DNA of 64,000 nt from positions 2,513 through 66,512 of the forward strand of contig JAPVTA010000075.1 of assembly GCA_047519465.1 (NCBI GenBank). Reading direction: 5' to 3'. Position 1 is the first letter of the stretch; every line of letters begins with the position of its first letter. A program made the position numbers and the translations under genes. The notes under the pieces were generated by a model. It made no database searches. It saw nothing but the letters and a program-made list of their open reading frames with translations, and was not told where the DNA came from. Shown piece after piece: positions 1 to 10,213 of this stretch. Source of the stretch: Thermodesulfobacteriota bacterium (lineage in GTDB: Bacteria; Desulfobacterota; BSN033; UBA1163).

Positions 1-161
1 ATAGCGAAGGCTTTCGCATACCAGGGAGTTCTGGGATGTTTAGATGCAAGATAGAGAGCGTATACTTCACTTCTTAACTGCTTTGATTTGGTTTTCCAAG
101 ATCTTATACCCATTCCGAAAATCTTGGCCGTTTCGCTTCTAAGTGACCGGCCTGTCTCATT

Positions 162-335
162 TTATTTGATTTCTTTTTTACACCCGTCGCAAAAATAGAG
201 ACTTTCTTCTGAATCCTCCGCCGTAATCGCTCGCTCGATTTTCTTCATCATTTCTCTATCTTTATTAATGCACTCGACACAATAGATATCTCCATCCTCA
301 GTGTAATAAGCGGCTATCTCTTCTTTCTCCGTCAT
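162..335 (-). CDS. Small (57 aa) CxxC...CxxC putative zinc-binding protein
   Basis: MTEKEE start follows an AAAGGGGG RBS; motifs YCVEC and FCDGC. Confidence 0.6.
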   Translation of the reverse strand: MTEKEEIAAYYTEDGDIYCVECINKDREMMKKIERAITAEDSEESLYFCDGCKKEIK

Positions 336-456
336 TTCTTTTCCCCCTTTATCGCCAATGATTCTTTTACTCACAAGCACCCCGACGAGCGGTTCCTCCT
401 GCATTGTTAGGAAGGTGAAAAGTTCTGATCCGATGTTGAATTTCCTAATACATGGA

Positions 457-1293
457 TCATTTCGATTTTTTGACTATCCCGATCACGTTAGGAATAGGCC
501 GGGCAACAGCCAGGGTAGCATTTTCATTAAGGCTTACCGGGAAGCCAATCCTCTCGAACTTAACATCCTTGGCTGAAAAATAGAGGCTGGCTTGTTGCCC
601 TCCCTCAAGATACATCGCGTTGTAAATTGAAATAGGCATGGACAATAATATATTGGCAAAGTCATGCCCTGAGTATTGAGACTTTGCGAAGATAAACAAT
701 GCATCGCCACTTTTGTCCATGGCAAAAACAGCCATGCTCCACGCCTTACCATGTTTGGTCCAGACATTCTCCTGCAGGCAGCTGATCATTCTTATATTCT
801 GGATAAGTGTTTGATACTTGAACCGAAGCCTCTCAAAGTCCTGGCATTTCAGGTCGATGATCTGGATCTCCGGAAGGGTGGACTCTGTCGGGTGAAACGC
901 CAAAACAGCTTTGTAGGTAGGACTAAGTCTTGCATTGTTCATATGATTGAAATTTTTCATGTAGCCGACGTTTTTTATCCCATCCTCCTGGTACATTCCT
1001 GCATTGATGGCAGAAATCAGATGGTGCTCTTGGCACCATTTCTTTGCAGTCATTTTTATTCTATCATGCTCCGAAGCACACAGAAGCTTGAATGAGTAAA
1101 CCCTCGGGTCAATCCTCACAATCGTGATTCCCGAGTCTTCGATCTTTGATGTCTCCTGGGGCGCAAACTCCGCGATAGATAATCCTTCATCAACTCTCTT
1201 CCATGCATTGTCTTTCGATTGGACGGCGTCAGGAGAGAAAGCCGTGCTCAGGATGGTGGCGAGAACGGCAGCCAAAGCAGTTACTTGTCTCAT
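457..1293 (-). CDS. Exported phosphodiester glycosidase family protein (NAGPA/DUF2233-like)
   Basis: Signal-like N-terminus MRQVTALAAVLA; motifs AINAGMY, AMYLEGG and terminal PIPNVIGI. Start moved from the ORF-track 1362. Confidence 0.75.
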   Translation of the reverse strand: MRQVTALAAVLATILSTAFSPDAVQSKDNAWKRVDEGLSIAEFAPQETSKIEDSGITIVRIDPRVYSFKLLCASEHDRIKMTAKKWCQEHHLISAINAGMYQEDGIKNVGYMKNFNHMNNARLSPTYKAVLAFHPTESTLPEIQIIDLKCQDFERLRFKYQTLIQNIRMISCLQENVWTKHGKAWSMAVFAMDKSGDALFIFAKSQYSGHDFANILLSMPISIYNAMYLEGGQQASLYFSAKDVKFERIGFPVSLNENATLAVARPIPNVIGIVKKSK

Positions 1294-1504
1294 GGACTCC
1301 TCTTCTATTTGGACACGGCAGAGTAAAACGTAAATTTTATCGCAAGCCCTATGGCCAAACAATGAATGATGAAGCGAATAACGAATGACTCAGCGTTCGA
1401 CAAAAGTGTATTCGATCTGAAGCACGGTGTCAATGAGCATGGTTAAACGGATGGATCCTTAAGAGCAAGGAACGGGCGGAAGGAAAGAACTGGAGTGACG
1501 TCAT

Positions 1505-1768
1505 CTATGAGGAAGCCATTTCGCCGTTGCAAAAATGCAGGTAGATTCCCAATAGGTCATCGGCCAATTTCTCGGTTCTCTCTTTAATCTCATACAAACT
1601 TGACAAGAAAGACCGCAGCGATTCGTCAATTTTGGCTAAGTTCTCATAGCTCCTTGTCGAATTTTCCGAAATTATTCTCTCCCTTTCACGACATTCATCG
1701 ATGAGGTCTCTCAACTTCTCTCTTTCTTCTTCAGTCCACTCTGACACAAGCTGATCGACTGTCTTCAT
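1505..1768 (-). CDS. Hypothetical helical/coiled-coil protein (87 aa)
   Basis: ATG-started ORF with charged helical composition; sigma54-like promoter upstream. Confidence 0.6.
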   Translation of the reverse strand: MKTVDQLVSEWTEEEREKLRDLIDECRERERIISENSTRSYENLAKIDESLRSFLSSLYEIKERTEKLADDLLGIYLHFCNGEMASS

Positions 1769-1818
1769 GATCTATCCCGTGTGGCACCGTTCTGTTTGTA
1801 GGAGATAAGAGAGATCAT

Positions 1819-1834
1819 AGCAAGATATATACCG
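1819..1834 (-). promoter_or_regulatory. Candidate sigma54 -24/-12 promoter
   Basis: Minus strand CGGTATATATCTTGCT (GG-N10-GC with TTGC), about 50 nt upstream of the 87 aa ORF. Confidence 0.5.
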
Positions 1835-2013
1835 TCTTCCCGGGCATTCCAAGCAAACATGAAATACCTTACTCGTTCAGGGAGTTACAGGATAGTAAAA
1901 AATCTCCGCAAAAGCCGACCCTTCGGAAAAAGAGAAAGGCTTTACCTTTTTTGGAAAAATACTTTCCCTTTTGGGAAAGATGGATTCGACAACGTCGTCA
2001 TCTTCGATAAAAT

Positions 2014-2115
2014 CACGTTCGCGTCTGTTCCTTCGCCTTTCCGCTTATCGCCCAAGGTGGACATCCAAAATACATCCAAAGCCATCTGGGCCACGGCAGC
2101 ATGAATGTCACAATG
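2014..2115 (+). pseudogene. Tyrosine recombinase (phage integrase) C-terminal remnant
   Basis: Translates as HVRVCSFAFPLIAQGGHPKYIQSHLGHGSMNVTM, matching integrase box II (H-x-x-R...LIAQG.HPKYIQ.QLGH.S...T...Y). An in-frame stop lies just upstream and the catalytic Tyr is missing. Confidence 0.65.
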
Positions 2116-2408
2116 ACTTCCCCACTGATATTGGAAAAGGGCAGAAATAGAGAATCAAACAGCTCCTGTGTAAACTCCTTCTGGACGTCCATACGAAAAT
2201 CAAATCGAAACATTTAAAGTAATCTAGAAACAGAAAAGATATTGAGCCTTCCGAAAATAGGCAATTTGGCTCGTTTGCTTCGTTTCTAACACCTTGTGTT
2301 CTAATGAATCTCACGACTGAAAGGCGGGAGTTCTCCAAGCAAATTCTTCGTATAACTTCATTGTCCATCATTATTCGCGGAATCTTGGCCCACTCGGACT
2401 AAAATTTT

Positions 2409-4154
2409 TCAAGACCCTTTCTTATGAATCGCCAGGCCTTGAGAGTCTAAGGCTGCCTCCGTCACTGCTTCCGAAAGAGTCGGATGGCCTTTCACCACTT
2501 CTCCCAGATCCTCAACGGCAGCCTCCACATGCATCGCCAGGAGACATTCTCCGATAAGGTCAGTCGCATGCTCACCGAGGATGTGAACACCCAGAATCTG
2601 TCCCAACTCCTTCTCTGTAACGATCTTCACAAAACCTTCAGACTCTCCCATAGCCAATGCCTTTCCGTTGTTGATGTAAGAGAATTTCCCCACCTGGATA
2701 TCGTACCCTTTCTGTTTAGCCTCGGATTCTTTTAAGCCTACGGAAGCAACCTCTGGAAAAGTATAGATACAACTCGGGATTTTTTGATAATCAATTTCGC
2801 GAACTTTGCCCATGATATTTTCTACCGCTACAATTCCCTCAGCTGAGGCAGCATGGGCGAGCATCATCTTTCCGATCACGTCTCCAACGGCGTAAACACC
2901 ATCGGCACTGGTTTCCATCCTGGAATTAACTTTGATAAATTTCCCTTCCATCTGGATCCCAATTCTTCCAAGGTTGAGCCCCTCGGTGAAGGGGGTCCTC
3001 CCCACAGCCATGACTACTTTCTCTCCGGAAAGCCTTTCTTTCTTCCCTTCATGCTCTATTGTCACCTCTACTTTTTCTCTTCGGGGGAAGGCGCTTAGAA
3101 CCTTTGACCCGGTCAGGACGATGATGCCTTGTTTTTCAAGCAGCAATTTTAGGCCCCGGATAACCTCTTCATCCTCCGTCGAAATGATTTGAGGAAGCAT
3201 TTCAAGAATCGTTACCCTTGCGCCAAGGCAATTAAAGATTGTAGCGAATTCAACACCAACCACCCCTCCTCCGATGACGATGGCTTCTTTGGGAATCTCC
3301 CTCAAATCCATTATTTCATCGCTTGAAAGTATCTTTTTCCCATCGATCTTAACCGTGGGCAAGGAAGCTACCTCAGAGCCGGTGGCAATGATCACATTTC
3401 TAGTTTTATAACTCCGTACCTTTCCATTTGAGGAAACTTCGACCGTTTTTGGATCTGAAAACTTTGCGAAACCCCTGTCGAGAGTTATTCTTCGACTCTC
3501 GAGAAGCATGGAGACACCTCTCTTCATCGTTTTCACAACCTTGTTTTTTCGAAAAATCATCTTTTTCAGATCGATTGTAACTTTCGAGCCATTAATGAAT
3601 ACGTCCGAGCCCCTCACCTTACTGTAAATCTTCGCATCCGAGAGGAATGATTTTGTGGGAATGCATCCACGATTCAAACAAGTCCCTCCCAACTCATCCT
3701 TTTCGATGAGAAGCACCCGGGCCCCCATTTGAGCCGCTCGAATAGCGGCAACATACCCTCCAATTCCAGCACCGAGAATGGCAATGTCATAATCTTCCTC
3801 TAAGGCACTTACAGAATGCGCCGAAACTTTCCGTGGCTGGGGTTGTGAAGGCATTGAAGGTGTAGCAGGGGGAACCTCGGGCTTTATCGCCCTGTATCTC
3901 TCGGGGAGTTGTTCGCCTTTCTCTGTGATAACGGCAACAACGGTCAGGACGGGAACTTCTATATTTTCAGGGATGAGAATTTTTTTCAATATTCCAGTAG
4001 CCGGTGACTCTACTTCTGTGACCACCTTATCTGTCTCTACTTCAAAAATAGGTTCTCCCTTTTTTACAGACTCCCCTTCGGATTTAAGCCATTTGAGAAT
4101 CTTCCCTTTTTCAATAGTAATTCCTAACATAGGGACAACAACTTCTATGGCCAT
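2409..4154 (-). CDS. lpdA: Dihydrolipoyl dehydrogenase (E3) with N-terminal lipoyl domain, AcoL-type
   Basis: Lipoyl motif VETDKV, Pro-rich linker, GAGIGG, GGTCLNRGCIP redox disulfide, HPTLSE. Confidence 0.95.
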   Translation of the reverse strand: MAIEVVVPMLGITIEKGKILKWLKSEGESVKKGEPIFEVETDKVVTEVESPATGILKKILIPENIEVPVLTVVAVITEKGEQLPERYRAIKPEVPPATPSMPSQPQPRKVSAHSVSALEEDYDIAILGAGIGGYVAAIRAAQMGARVLLIEKDELGGTCLNRGCIPTKSFLSDAKIYSKVRGSDVFINGSKVTIDLKKMIFRKNKVVKTMKRGVSMLLESRRITLDRGFAKFSDPKTVEVSSNGKVRSYKTRNVIIATGSEVASLPTVKIDGKKILSSDEIMDLREIPKEAIVIGGGVVGVEFATIFNCLGARVTILEMLPQIISTEDEEVIRGLKLLLEKQGIIVLTGSKVLSAFPRREKVEVTIEHEGKKERLSGEKVVMAVGRTPFTEGLNLGRIGIQMEGKFIKVNSRMETSADGVYAVGDVIGKMMLAHAASAEGIVAVENIMGKVREIDYQKIPSCIYTFPEVASVGLKESEAKQKGYDIQVGKFSYINNGKALAMGESEGFVKIVTEKELGQILGVHILGEHATDLIGECLLAMHVEAAVEDLGEVVKGHPTLSEAVTEAALDSQGLAIHKKGS

Positions 4155-4163
4155 GGATAACTC

Positions 4164-5234
4164 CTAAAGGTGCACGAATGTCACCGTTGGGTTTTCCAAT
4201 CTATTCTTCAACGACTGCAGAAATGTCGCTGCAACCGCCCCATCCACGATACGGTGATCCACCGAGAGTCCAAAACGAGCTATTTTCTTCACAACCACCT
4301 CACCGTCTATTAGAGCAAGATGGTCGCAGGCCTTTCCTATGGTCAATATACCACTTTGAGGCGGATTGAGGATGGCTGTAAAGAAAGTGATATCATATTG
4401 AGCAAGACTGGAAATGGTAAAGGTTCCCCTCTCAATCTCCTCTAACTTCAATTTACGTTTCTTAGCACGGCTCACCAGGTCTGCCCGCATCTGGGCAATC
4501 CTCCCCAGCCCCAATCGGTCTGCCTGAGGGACCGTCGGAACAATAAGACCCTCTTCCATAGCTACGGCGAATCCTACATTAATATCAGGCATGACATATA
4601 TGTCTTCGCCCTTCACCATGGCGTTGAGCACGGGAAATTCCCTAATCGTTAAAGCGACTGCCTTAATCAAGAAATCATTGATCGAGATTCGAAGATGAAA
4701 CTGTTTTTCGAAATCTGGAAGCATCTCTTCTCTAAATTGATTAAGTTGGTCCATCTCTACATCGTTAAAAAAGTATATATGAGGTGCCGTCAAGGCGCTC
4801 TGAACCATCCGTCTGGCAATGACCTTTCTCATCTGGGTCATCGGGATGGTCTTTCCAAAAATTGCTTTTTCTTCTGATGGGACGCCCAGTTTTTCAGCAA
4901 CTTTGATCACATCACCCATGATGATTCTTCCCCGGCGGCCAGTCCCTTCGATCGCCTTCAGCGACAAGCCTTTTTTCTCCGTCAGCTTTCGGGCAAGAGA
5001 AGAGGCGAGGATTCTCTCCTTCTCAGTCTTTGTCTCGGCCACTTTCTGGGTGATTCTGAAATTTTCCACATCCTTCATCAGGATGATGCCGTCGGGGCCA
5101 GATCCCTTGACCAATGACAGATCTAATCCTTCCTGCCGCGCCTTCTTTCTGGCTGCCGGAACAGCTCTTATTCCCTCTGGCCTCTCAGAAAAATCCGATC
5201 CTCTTAACATCCCTGAATCCTCCTGTTCGGTCAT
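4164..5234 (-). CDS. acoC: Dihydrolipoamide acyltransferase (E2) lacking a lipoyl domain, with two peripheral-subunit-binding domains
   Basis: PAARKKA..GSGPDG and SLARKL..GTGRRGRI binding domains; catalytic DHRIVDG. Confidence 0.9.
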   Translation of the reverse strand: MTEQEDSGMLRGSDFSERPEGIRAVPAARKKARQEGLDLSLVKGSGPDGIILMKDVENFRITQKVAETKTEKERILASSLARKLTEKKGLSLKAIEGTGRRGRIIMGDVIKVAEKLGVPSEEKAIFGKTIPMTQMRKVIARRMVQSALTAPHIYFFNDVEMDQLNQFREEMLPDFEKQFHLRISINDFLIKAVALTIREFPVLNAMVKGEDIYVMPDINVGFAVAMEEGLIVPTVPQADRLGLGRIAQMRADLVSRAKKRKLKLEEIERGTFTISSLAQYDITFFTAILNPPQSGILTIGKACDHLALIDGEVVVKKIARFGLSVDHRIVDGAVAATFLQSLKNRLENPTVTFVHL

Positions 5235-5235
5235 T

Positions 5236-6216
5236 TCACAGGTATTCCTTCATCTTGTTCACAGCCTCCCTTACATCCTCTTCATCAGGGATATAGATTT
5301 CTTCTAATGGTGGGCTGAAGGGAACTGGAGTATGTGGAGATCCCACTCGTAAAATGGGGGCTTCAAGATATTCCATGGCCTCTTCTGCCACAATGGCAGA
5401 AATCTCGGCACTCACTCCACACATCACAGATCCTTCGTCTGCCACAATAAGCCTTCTCGTCTTTTTGACCGATTCCAAGACAGCTCCCTTATCCAGTGGC
5501 TGGAGGGTCCGCGGGTCCACGATCTCGATCTCAATTCCTTCCTTGCTAAACTCCTCAGCCACACTGAGGGAACGATTCACCATGGCATGGGTGGCCACGA
5601 TCGTGATGTCTTTCCCTCCTCTTTTGATGTCTGCCTTTCCAAAGGGAATGGTATAGTATTCTTCAGGGACAGGTCCTTTTGTAGCATAAAGTTTTTTATG
5701 TTCGATGAACATAATCGGATTATCGTCGAGAATAGCTGTATTCATCAGACCCTTTGCGTCATAAGGGTTTGAAGGGGTAACGACAATCAGGCCTGGGATA
5801 TGCACGAAGAAGGCATGGAAACTCTGAGAGTGCTGGGCAGCAGCTCCCCGTCCTGCACCGATGTTTGTCCGCAGGACCATAGGGACCTTTCCCCTGCCGC
5901 CAAACATGTAATGGATCTTGGCCATCTGGTTGACAACCATGTCCATCGCACAAGTGGTGAAATCAATAAACATAATCTCCACCACTGGTCTCATTCCAGT
6001 CATGGCAGCTCCGATCGCGGCCCCAACGAAACCTGCTTCAGATATAGGGGTATCAATAACTCTTCCAGGCCCAAATTTATCCAATAGCCCTGCTGTTACT
6101 TGGAAAATGCCACCATACTTTCCAATATCCTCTCCCATGAGAAATACTCGTTCATCTTTCTCAAGATTCTGGATTAAGGCTTCATTGATCGCCTGGGCAT
6201 AGGTAAGTTCCCTCAT
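5236..6216 (-). CDS. acoB: TPP-dependent acetoin/2-oxoacid dehydrogenase E1 beta subunit
   Basis: GEDIG, DTPISE, AQHSQ and EHKKLY motifs; AAAGGAG RBS before MRELTY. Confidence 0.92.
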   Translation of the reverse strand: MRELTYAQAINEALIQNLEKDERVFLMGEDIGKYGGIFQVTAGLLDKFGPGRVIDTPISEAGFVGAAIGAAMTGMRPVVEIMFIDFTTCAMDMVVNQMAKIHYMFGGRGKVPMVLRTNIGAGRGAAAQHSQSFHAFFVHIPGLIVVTPSNPYDAKGLMNTAILDDNPIMFIEHKKLYATKGPVPEEYYTIPFGKADIKRGGKDITIVATHAMVNRSLSVAEEFSKEGIEIEIVDPRTLQPLDKGAVLESVKKTRRLIVADEGSVMCGVSAEISAIVAEEAMEYLEAPILRVGSPHTPVPFSPPLEEIYIPDEEDVREAVNKMKEYL

Positions 6217-6233
6217 AGAAATCTCCTTTGGGA

Positions 6234-7205
6234 TCAAGAGGCGTAAACGTCTTCATAAATGTCCTGAGCATCGGGGAAGGGGCTCTGCTGTGCAAACTCC
6301 ACCGCTTCTTCAATCTTCTTTTTAATCTCGTCGCAGATATGTTCAATCCTGTTTTTATCTAAGAGTCTTTCCCCCACCAACTTCTCTTCAAAACGTTTGA
6401 TGGGGCATTTCTTTACCCATTCCTGAACCTCTTCCATAGTCCGATAACGTCTCCCCTGATTCGGATCTCCTTCATGATGCCCGCGCCAGCGATAGGTCTT
6501 ACACTCGACCAGTGTCGGGCCCTCCCCTGCTCTGGCCTGCTGAATTGCTTTACCGGAAGTCTCGTAAACAGCTAAGACATCATTCCCGTCAATGGTCATT
6601 CCGGACATATTATAGGCCATTGCTCGGACGGAAATATCCTGAATGGTCTGATGCTGCTTTTGAGAAACTGAGATCCCATAAAGGTTGTTCTCACATATAA
6701 ACACCACGGGGAGCCGATGGACCGAAGCAAAATTTAAACTTTCATGGAAGGTCCCATTATTGCTGGCTCCATCTCCAAAAAAGCAGACCGTGATCCGATC
6801 CGTCTTCCTCATTTTAGAGGAGAGGGCAGCCCCCACTGCAAGAGGAATCCCTCCGCCTGCTATTCCATTGGCACCAAGGATTCCAATATCAATATCTGCA
6901 ATGTGCATGGACCCACCTTTGCCCTTGCAATAACCTGTCTTTTTCCCAAAGAGCTCCGCCATCATATATTTCAGTTCAGCCCCTTTGGCAATAGCATGTC
7001 CATGCCCTCGATGGGTGCTGGTGATATAATCCTCTTTCCTCAAATTAGCACAGACCCCTACAGCCACAGCTTCCTCTCCAATATAGAGATGGGCCAACCC
7101 AGGGATAAAGCCTCTTGCGTATAAATCTATTATTTTTTCTTCAAACAATCTTATTGTTACCATTTTCCTATACAGATTAAGCATCTGTTCTCTAGAAAGA
7201 TTCAT
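6234..7205 (-). CDS. acoA: TPP-dependent acetoin/2-oxoacid dehydrogenase E1 alpha subunit
   Basis: HLYIGEEA, STHRGHGH, GKGGSMH, TPP motif GDGA...ENN, TYRWRGH. Confidence 0.92.
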   Translation of the reverse strand: MNLSREQMLNLYRKMVTIRLFEEKIIDLYARGFIPGLAHLYIGEEAVAVGVCANLRKEDYITSTHRGHGHAIAKGAELKYMMAELFGKKTGYCKGKGGSMHIADIDIGILGANGIAGGGIPLAVGAALSSKMRKTDRITVCFFGDGASNNGTFHESLNFASVHRLPVVFICENNLYGISVSQKQHQTIQDISVRAMAYNMSGMTIDGNDVLAVYETSGKAIQQARAGEGPTLVECKTYRWRGHHEGDPNQGRRYRTMEEVQEWVKKCPIKRFEEKLVGERLLDKNRIEHICDEIKKKIEEAVEFAQQSPFPDAQDIYEDVYAS

Positions 7206-7240
7206 CTACATCCTCCACCCTTTTGATTTTCGATATAAAT

Positions 7241-7258
7241 TTGCATTGAGCGTGCCAA
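7241..7258 (-). promoter_or_regulatory. Sigma54 promoter of the aco operon
   Basis: Minus strand TTGGCACGCTCAATGCAA, near-consensus TGGCACG-N4-TTGC, about 35 nt upstream of the acoA ATG. Confidence 0.8.
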
Positions 7259-7737
7259 TTCTTATGGTTTGAGTTTTAAATGATATCAATTAACTAAGAC
7301 ATACTTTTGTGGAGAAAGGAAAGGATTGTGCCAATCGGTTAAAAATTACAACGATGCTGAAGGTTTTGTCAAGGAAAAACGTCTGGTACTCTATTGAATA
7401 TACACTATTTTAGGCGAAGGGTGTTGGTAACACTTTTACGAAAAAATAAACAATGTGGCAATGAAGAGTTTAAACCTCTAAACCGCGGATAGCTTGCCAA
7501 TACAACCTATCTAAAATATGAAGGAAATGTTTCTATTCAATCTTCAAACCTTAGCTTTTCTGATCTTGAATAAGGCAAGGTCATAGCAGATATCCACACT
7601 TTGGGAGAATGGCAACAATATGAAAAGTGAGAAATGATAGAGCCCGTTCATTGGCGTTTAAAGGAAGGGTAATAAGTATCTCACTCTCCCCCAAAGCCTT
7701 CGTTTTCATCTGAATGGCCTAAGGCCGGCAAAAAAAC

Positions 7738-8448
7738 TCAGGCCATTTGGAAGTAGATCTTCTTAACCTCCTCGTTGTCAATCAACTCCTTGCTCCTTCC
7801 TTCCATGGCCACTTTCCCATGATCGAGAATGTATACCCTTTCTGTTAGGTCGAGCGTAAGCGAGGCATCCTGCTCGACAATTAGGATGGACAAGCCATTC
7901 TCCCAGATATTTCTGATGGCGTCCATCAATACCTGCTTCACAAAGGGAGAAAGGCCCATAGAAGGTTCGTCCAATAGAAGGAGCTGGGGGCTGGACATGA
8001 GGGATCTTCCGATTGCTAGCATCTGCTGCTCTCCGCCGCTCAGGGTTCCGGCCAACTGGCTCTTGCGCTCCTTCAGAACTGGAAACAGATCATAGATCCC
8101 GTTTAGGTCCTGTTTTACCTTCGGTTTATCTCTTCTGAGAAAGGCTCCCATTTCCAAATTCTCGTTCACCGTGAAATCGACAAAGAGCTGTCTCCTTTCA
8201 GGACAGTGTACGATTCCCATACGGACGATCTCATGGGGAACTCGATGATCGATCCGCTCCCCCTTAAAACGGATTTCACCCTCTACGGGAATGACTCCGG
8301 AAATGGCCCTCAAAAGCGTGCTCTTACCCGCTCCGTTTGGGCCCATCACCCCAACCATCTCCTTGGGCTTCAGGTTCACCGTCAACTCGTTTAATGCAAT
8401 CGCCTTTCCGTATAAGACTCTTATTTTCCTCACTTCGAGAAGGTCCAA
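7738..8448 (-). CDS. Branched-chain amino acid-type ABC transporter ATPase (LivF-like)
   Basis: GPNGAGKST, LSGGEQQM, LLLDEPS. Confidence 0.93.
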   Translation of the reverse strand: MDLLEVRKIRVLYGKAIALNELTVNLKPKEMVGVMGPNGAGKSTLLRAISGVIPVEGEIRFKGERIDHRVPHEIVRMGIVHCPERRQLFVDFTVNENLEMGAFLRRDKPKVKQDLNGIYDLFPVLKERKSQLAGTLSGGEQQMLAIGRSLMSSPQLLLLDEPSMGLSPFVKQVLMDAIRNIWENGLSILIVEQDASLTLDLTERVYILDHGKVAMEGRSKELIDNEEVKKIYFQMA

Positions 8449-9210
8449 TTATTTCCTCCCCTCTCCAAGATAAGCCGTGATCACTTTTGGGTTCTCCATG
8501 ATCTCGCGGGGAGCGCCTTCTGCAACCTTCTCTCCGAAGACGATGGCCACCACTCGCTGAACCAGTTTCAAAAGGTCCCTCAGACGATGCTCAATGATCA
8601 GCATGGTCTGCCCCTTTTCATGCATCCGTTCGATAGCGGAAGCCAGAGTGGTTGAATCTTCCTTATCCAAACCAGAAAAAGGTTCGTCTAGCAAGAGGAT
8701 GTCCGGCTGGCTGGCCATCGCCCTCGCAATATCGAGAAGCCGCAATTCCCCAAAGGTTAGGTTCCTTGCTGTCTCCTTCCATCGGCCGGCCATTCCCATC
8801 TCGTCCAGAAAATCCATGGCCATTTCCCATGTCTTCTTTTTGCTGGGTTGTTGCATTTTCGCCCGGTGGGAATAACACGGGATCATGACATTTTCGAGAA
8901 CCGTCATCTCTCTGAAAATATCGGCCAGTTGAAACGTTCGGGAAATGCCCCGGTTCACGATTTCGTAAGGCTTCAGGTGGGAAATTTCCTCACCCTTGTA
9001 GCAAACCCCTCCAGAATCAGGCCGAATAAAACCTGTCATCAGATTAAAGAGGGTCGTTTTCCCGGCACCGTTCGGCCCGATGATGCCGATCAGGTCCTCT
9101 GGACTTACCTGGAGATCGAAGCGGATGAGCGCTTGAAGTCCACCAAAAGACTTACTCAATCCCTTGATCTCCAAAATTGAATTCCCAGAACGCTTCTCCC
9201 ATAAAATCAT
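8449..9210 (-). CDS. ABC transporter ATPase (LivG-like)
   Basis: GPNGAGKTT, RTFQ, LLLDEPF, C-terminal AYLG. Confidence 0.93.
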   Translation of the reverse strand: MILWEKRSGNSILEIKGLSKSFGGLQALIRFDLQVSPEDLIGIIGPNGAGKTTLFNLMTGFIRPDSGGVCYKGEEISHLKPYEIVNRGISRTFQLADIFREMTVLENVMIPCYSHRAKMQQPSKKKTWEMAMDFLDEMGMAGRWKETARNLTFGELRLLDIARAMASQPDILLLDEPFSGLDKEDSTTLASAIERMHEKGQTMLIIEHRLRDLLKLVQRVVAIVFGEKVAEGAPREIMENPKVITAYLGEGRK

Positions 9211-9224
9211 GAAGTCGCTCCAGC

Positions 9225-10187
9225 CTATTTCCGCAGGCCGATCATGCGCCGCAGCAGTTGCGAGAAGATTTCCAGCAGCCCCTTGGGCGCAAACAGAATG
9301 ACAAGGACGACAGCACTGCTGTAAACCAAAAGGCGCAGTTCCCCCATGAATCGAAGCAGCTCGTTCACAAGCGTCAGGATATACGCCCCGATGATCGGGC
9401 CAACGATGGAACCCATTCCTCCGACCACAGCCATCATCAGCACGAGAGCCGATAAGGAGTCATGGACCATATCCGGCCCGACATGCATCCGGGCGTGACC
9501 GTACATGGCACCTGCAATTCCCGCCATGAATGCGCTGATGATGAACGCGACCACCTTGTAGTATGTCGTGTTGATGCCGGAGCCCTCGCTGACCCGTTCA
9601 TTCTCCCCGATGGAGCGAAGAATCAGACCAAACGATGACTTCGAGGCAATGAAAAGAGAGAAAACCACAATCACCATATACACAGCAGAAAAGTAATAGT
9701 TCCCAAAAGGACTATCCGTCAATGGGGTCAAGCCGGGCAGCCCTTCTTCACTCCCAAAAATCCTTGGGCTAACCATGACCCATTTATACAGCAACGCCCC
9801 GAAGCAAAATGTCACAGCCGCAAAGTAAGGTCCCCGGAGTCTCAGGGTGAAGGCTCCTACCAGAAGACCGCAAAATGCTGCGACGAGGCCTCCAATCGGC
9901 AGGGTCAGCCAGGGAGGGTAACCCACTCGAAGATTCAGCAGAGCTCCCGCAAATCCAGCCCCTCCCACGAAGAAAGCATGTCCGAAATTGATGTTTCCTG
10001 TGAATCCCGAGAGCAGATCCCAGCTACATGCCAATACCACATAATAGTGGCAGAGAAAGAGAAGTTCCAGGTAATACGGATCGTTGAGAATAAGAGGCAC
10101 GATAAGCACAAGAAAACTGAAAAAAACCAACCCTGCGATCCGTTTATAGAATGGCCAACGACTTTCTAACTCTTCGTGGTTCCCCAT
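9225..10187 (-). CDS. ABC transporter permease (LivM-like)
   Basis: NFGHAFFVG and LRLRGPYFA motifs; multiple TM segments. Confidence 0.92.
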   Translation of the reverse strand: MGNHEELESRWPFYKRIAGLVFFSFLVLIVPLILNDPYYLELLFLCHYYVVLACSWDLLSGFTGNINFGHAFFVGGAGFAGALLNLRVGYPPWLTLPIGGLVAAFCGLLVGAFTLRLRGPYFAAVTFCFGALLYKWVMVSPRIFGSEEGLPGLTPLTDSPFGNYYFSAVYMVIVVFSLFIASKSSFGLILRSIGENERVSEGSGINTTYYKVVAFIISAFMAGIAGAMYGHARMHVGPDMVHDSLSALVLMMAVVGGMGSIVGPIIGAYILTLVNELLRFMGELRLLVYSSAVVLVILFAPKGLLEIFSQLLRRMIGLRK

Positions 10188-10213
10188 CTCTTTACATATC
10201 TGTCCAAATCATC

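Noticed and set aside
1900-2408. Duplicated tRNA-Cys 3' end marking the far island boundary
   Set aside because: No convincing copy was found by eye, so the left boundary remains approximate.
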